A stretch of DNA of 56,965 nt from a bacterium. GTDB lineage: Bacteria; Patescibacteriota; Minisyncoccia; UBA6257; HR35. Numbering within the stretch: position 1 is the stretch's first letter; the number at the start of each line of letters is the position of its first letter. Shown piece after piece: positions 56,818 through 56,965 of the stretch. Both the position numbers and the translations under genes were made by a program. The notes below the pieces were generated by a model. That model saw only the letters and a list, made by a program, of their open reading frames with translations, made no database searches and had not been told where the DNA came from. Location of the stretch: positions 22,590 to 79,554 of the forward strand of contig JBBINE010000005.1 in NCBI GenBank assembly GCA_037444025.1, read 5' to 3'.

Positions 56818-56965
56818 ATGAATAAATCTCGCCTTCGCTTCTTCACCTTCATCGAACTTTTAATTGTCCTCTCTATTATTGGTATTTTAGCAGGAGTTTT
56901 AGTTATTATTCTTAAACCACAAGAAATCTTTGCTAAACTGAGAGATACAAAGAGAATTTCAGATA
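56818..56965 (+). CDS. type IV pilin/pseudopilin (partial, runs off the window)
   Basis: MNKSRLRFFTFIELLIVLSIIGILAGV: a prepilin cleavage/N-methylation motif followed by a hydrophobic helix. Confidence 0.8.
   Translation, partial: MNKSRLRFFTFIELLIVLSIIGILAGVLVIILKPQEIFAKLRDTKRISD

Overview
Visibly AT-rich, very gene-dense 57-kb chromosomal window. Its style fits a reduced-genome Patescibacteria/CPR-type bacterium: short intergenic gaps, many ATGA/TAATG gene overlaps, and the standard genetic code (ORFs stay open without UGA recoding). Most content is housekeeping. This includes translation (gltX, valS, trpS, cysS, rplJ-rplL, rpmG, hpf, smpB, rnpA), replication and repair (polA, recG, dprA, ftsK, an EndoQ-like PHP nuclease, nrdJ), secretion (secDF) and cell wall genes (murE, murF, FemAB-like, LCP, two 3D-domain proteins). 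Several RNA genes are invisible to the ORF track: tmRNA next to smpB, RNase P RNA, a 23S-5S rRNA operon with no 16S nearby, and six tRNAs (Leu-GAG, Pro-GGG, Arg-TCG, Ser-CGA, Val-TAC, Gly-TCC). The most unusual locus is at 32.0-34.3 kb. A 330-bp direct repeat, identical by eye, supplies the same 110-aa two-TM VirB2/TrbC-pilin-like N-terminal module to two different secreted peptidoglycan hydrolases: an M15/VanY-type peptidase and a Cys-rich lysozyme/SLT-like enzyme. A tRNA-Arg gene sits in-frame inside the 3' end of the upstream ORF. Both hydrolase genes close a six-gene minus-strand cell-wall operon that also contains a MurF fused to a polytopic membrane domain. Other notable items are a candidate S-layer/surface protein with a perfect consensus promoter, a decayed hicBA module wedged upstream of rnpA, and cysS interrupted at an A8 homopolymer. 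There is also a split comEC, a membrane-anchored Clp-like protein with both ATPase sites degenerate, and a tiny hyper-acidic Trp-repeat protein. No CRISPR array, integrase, transposase or prophage was seen.
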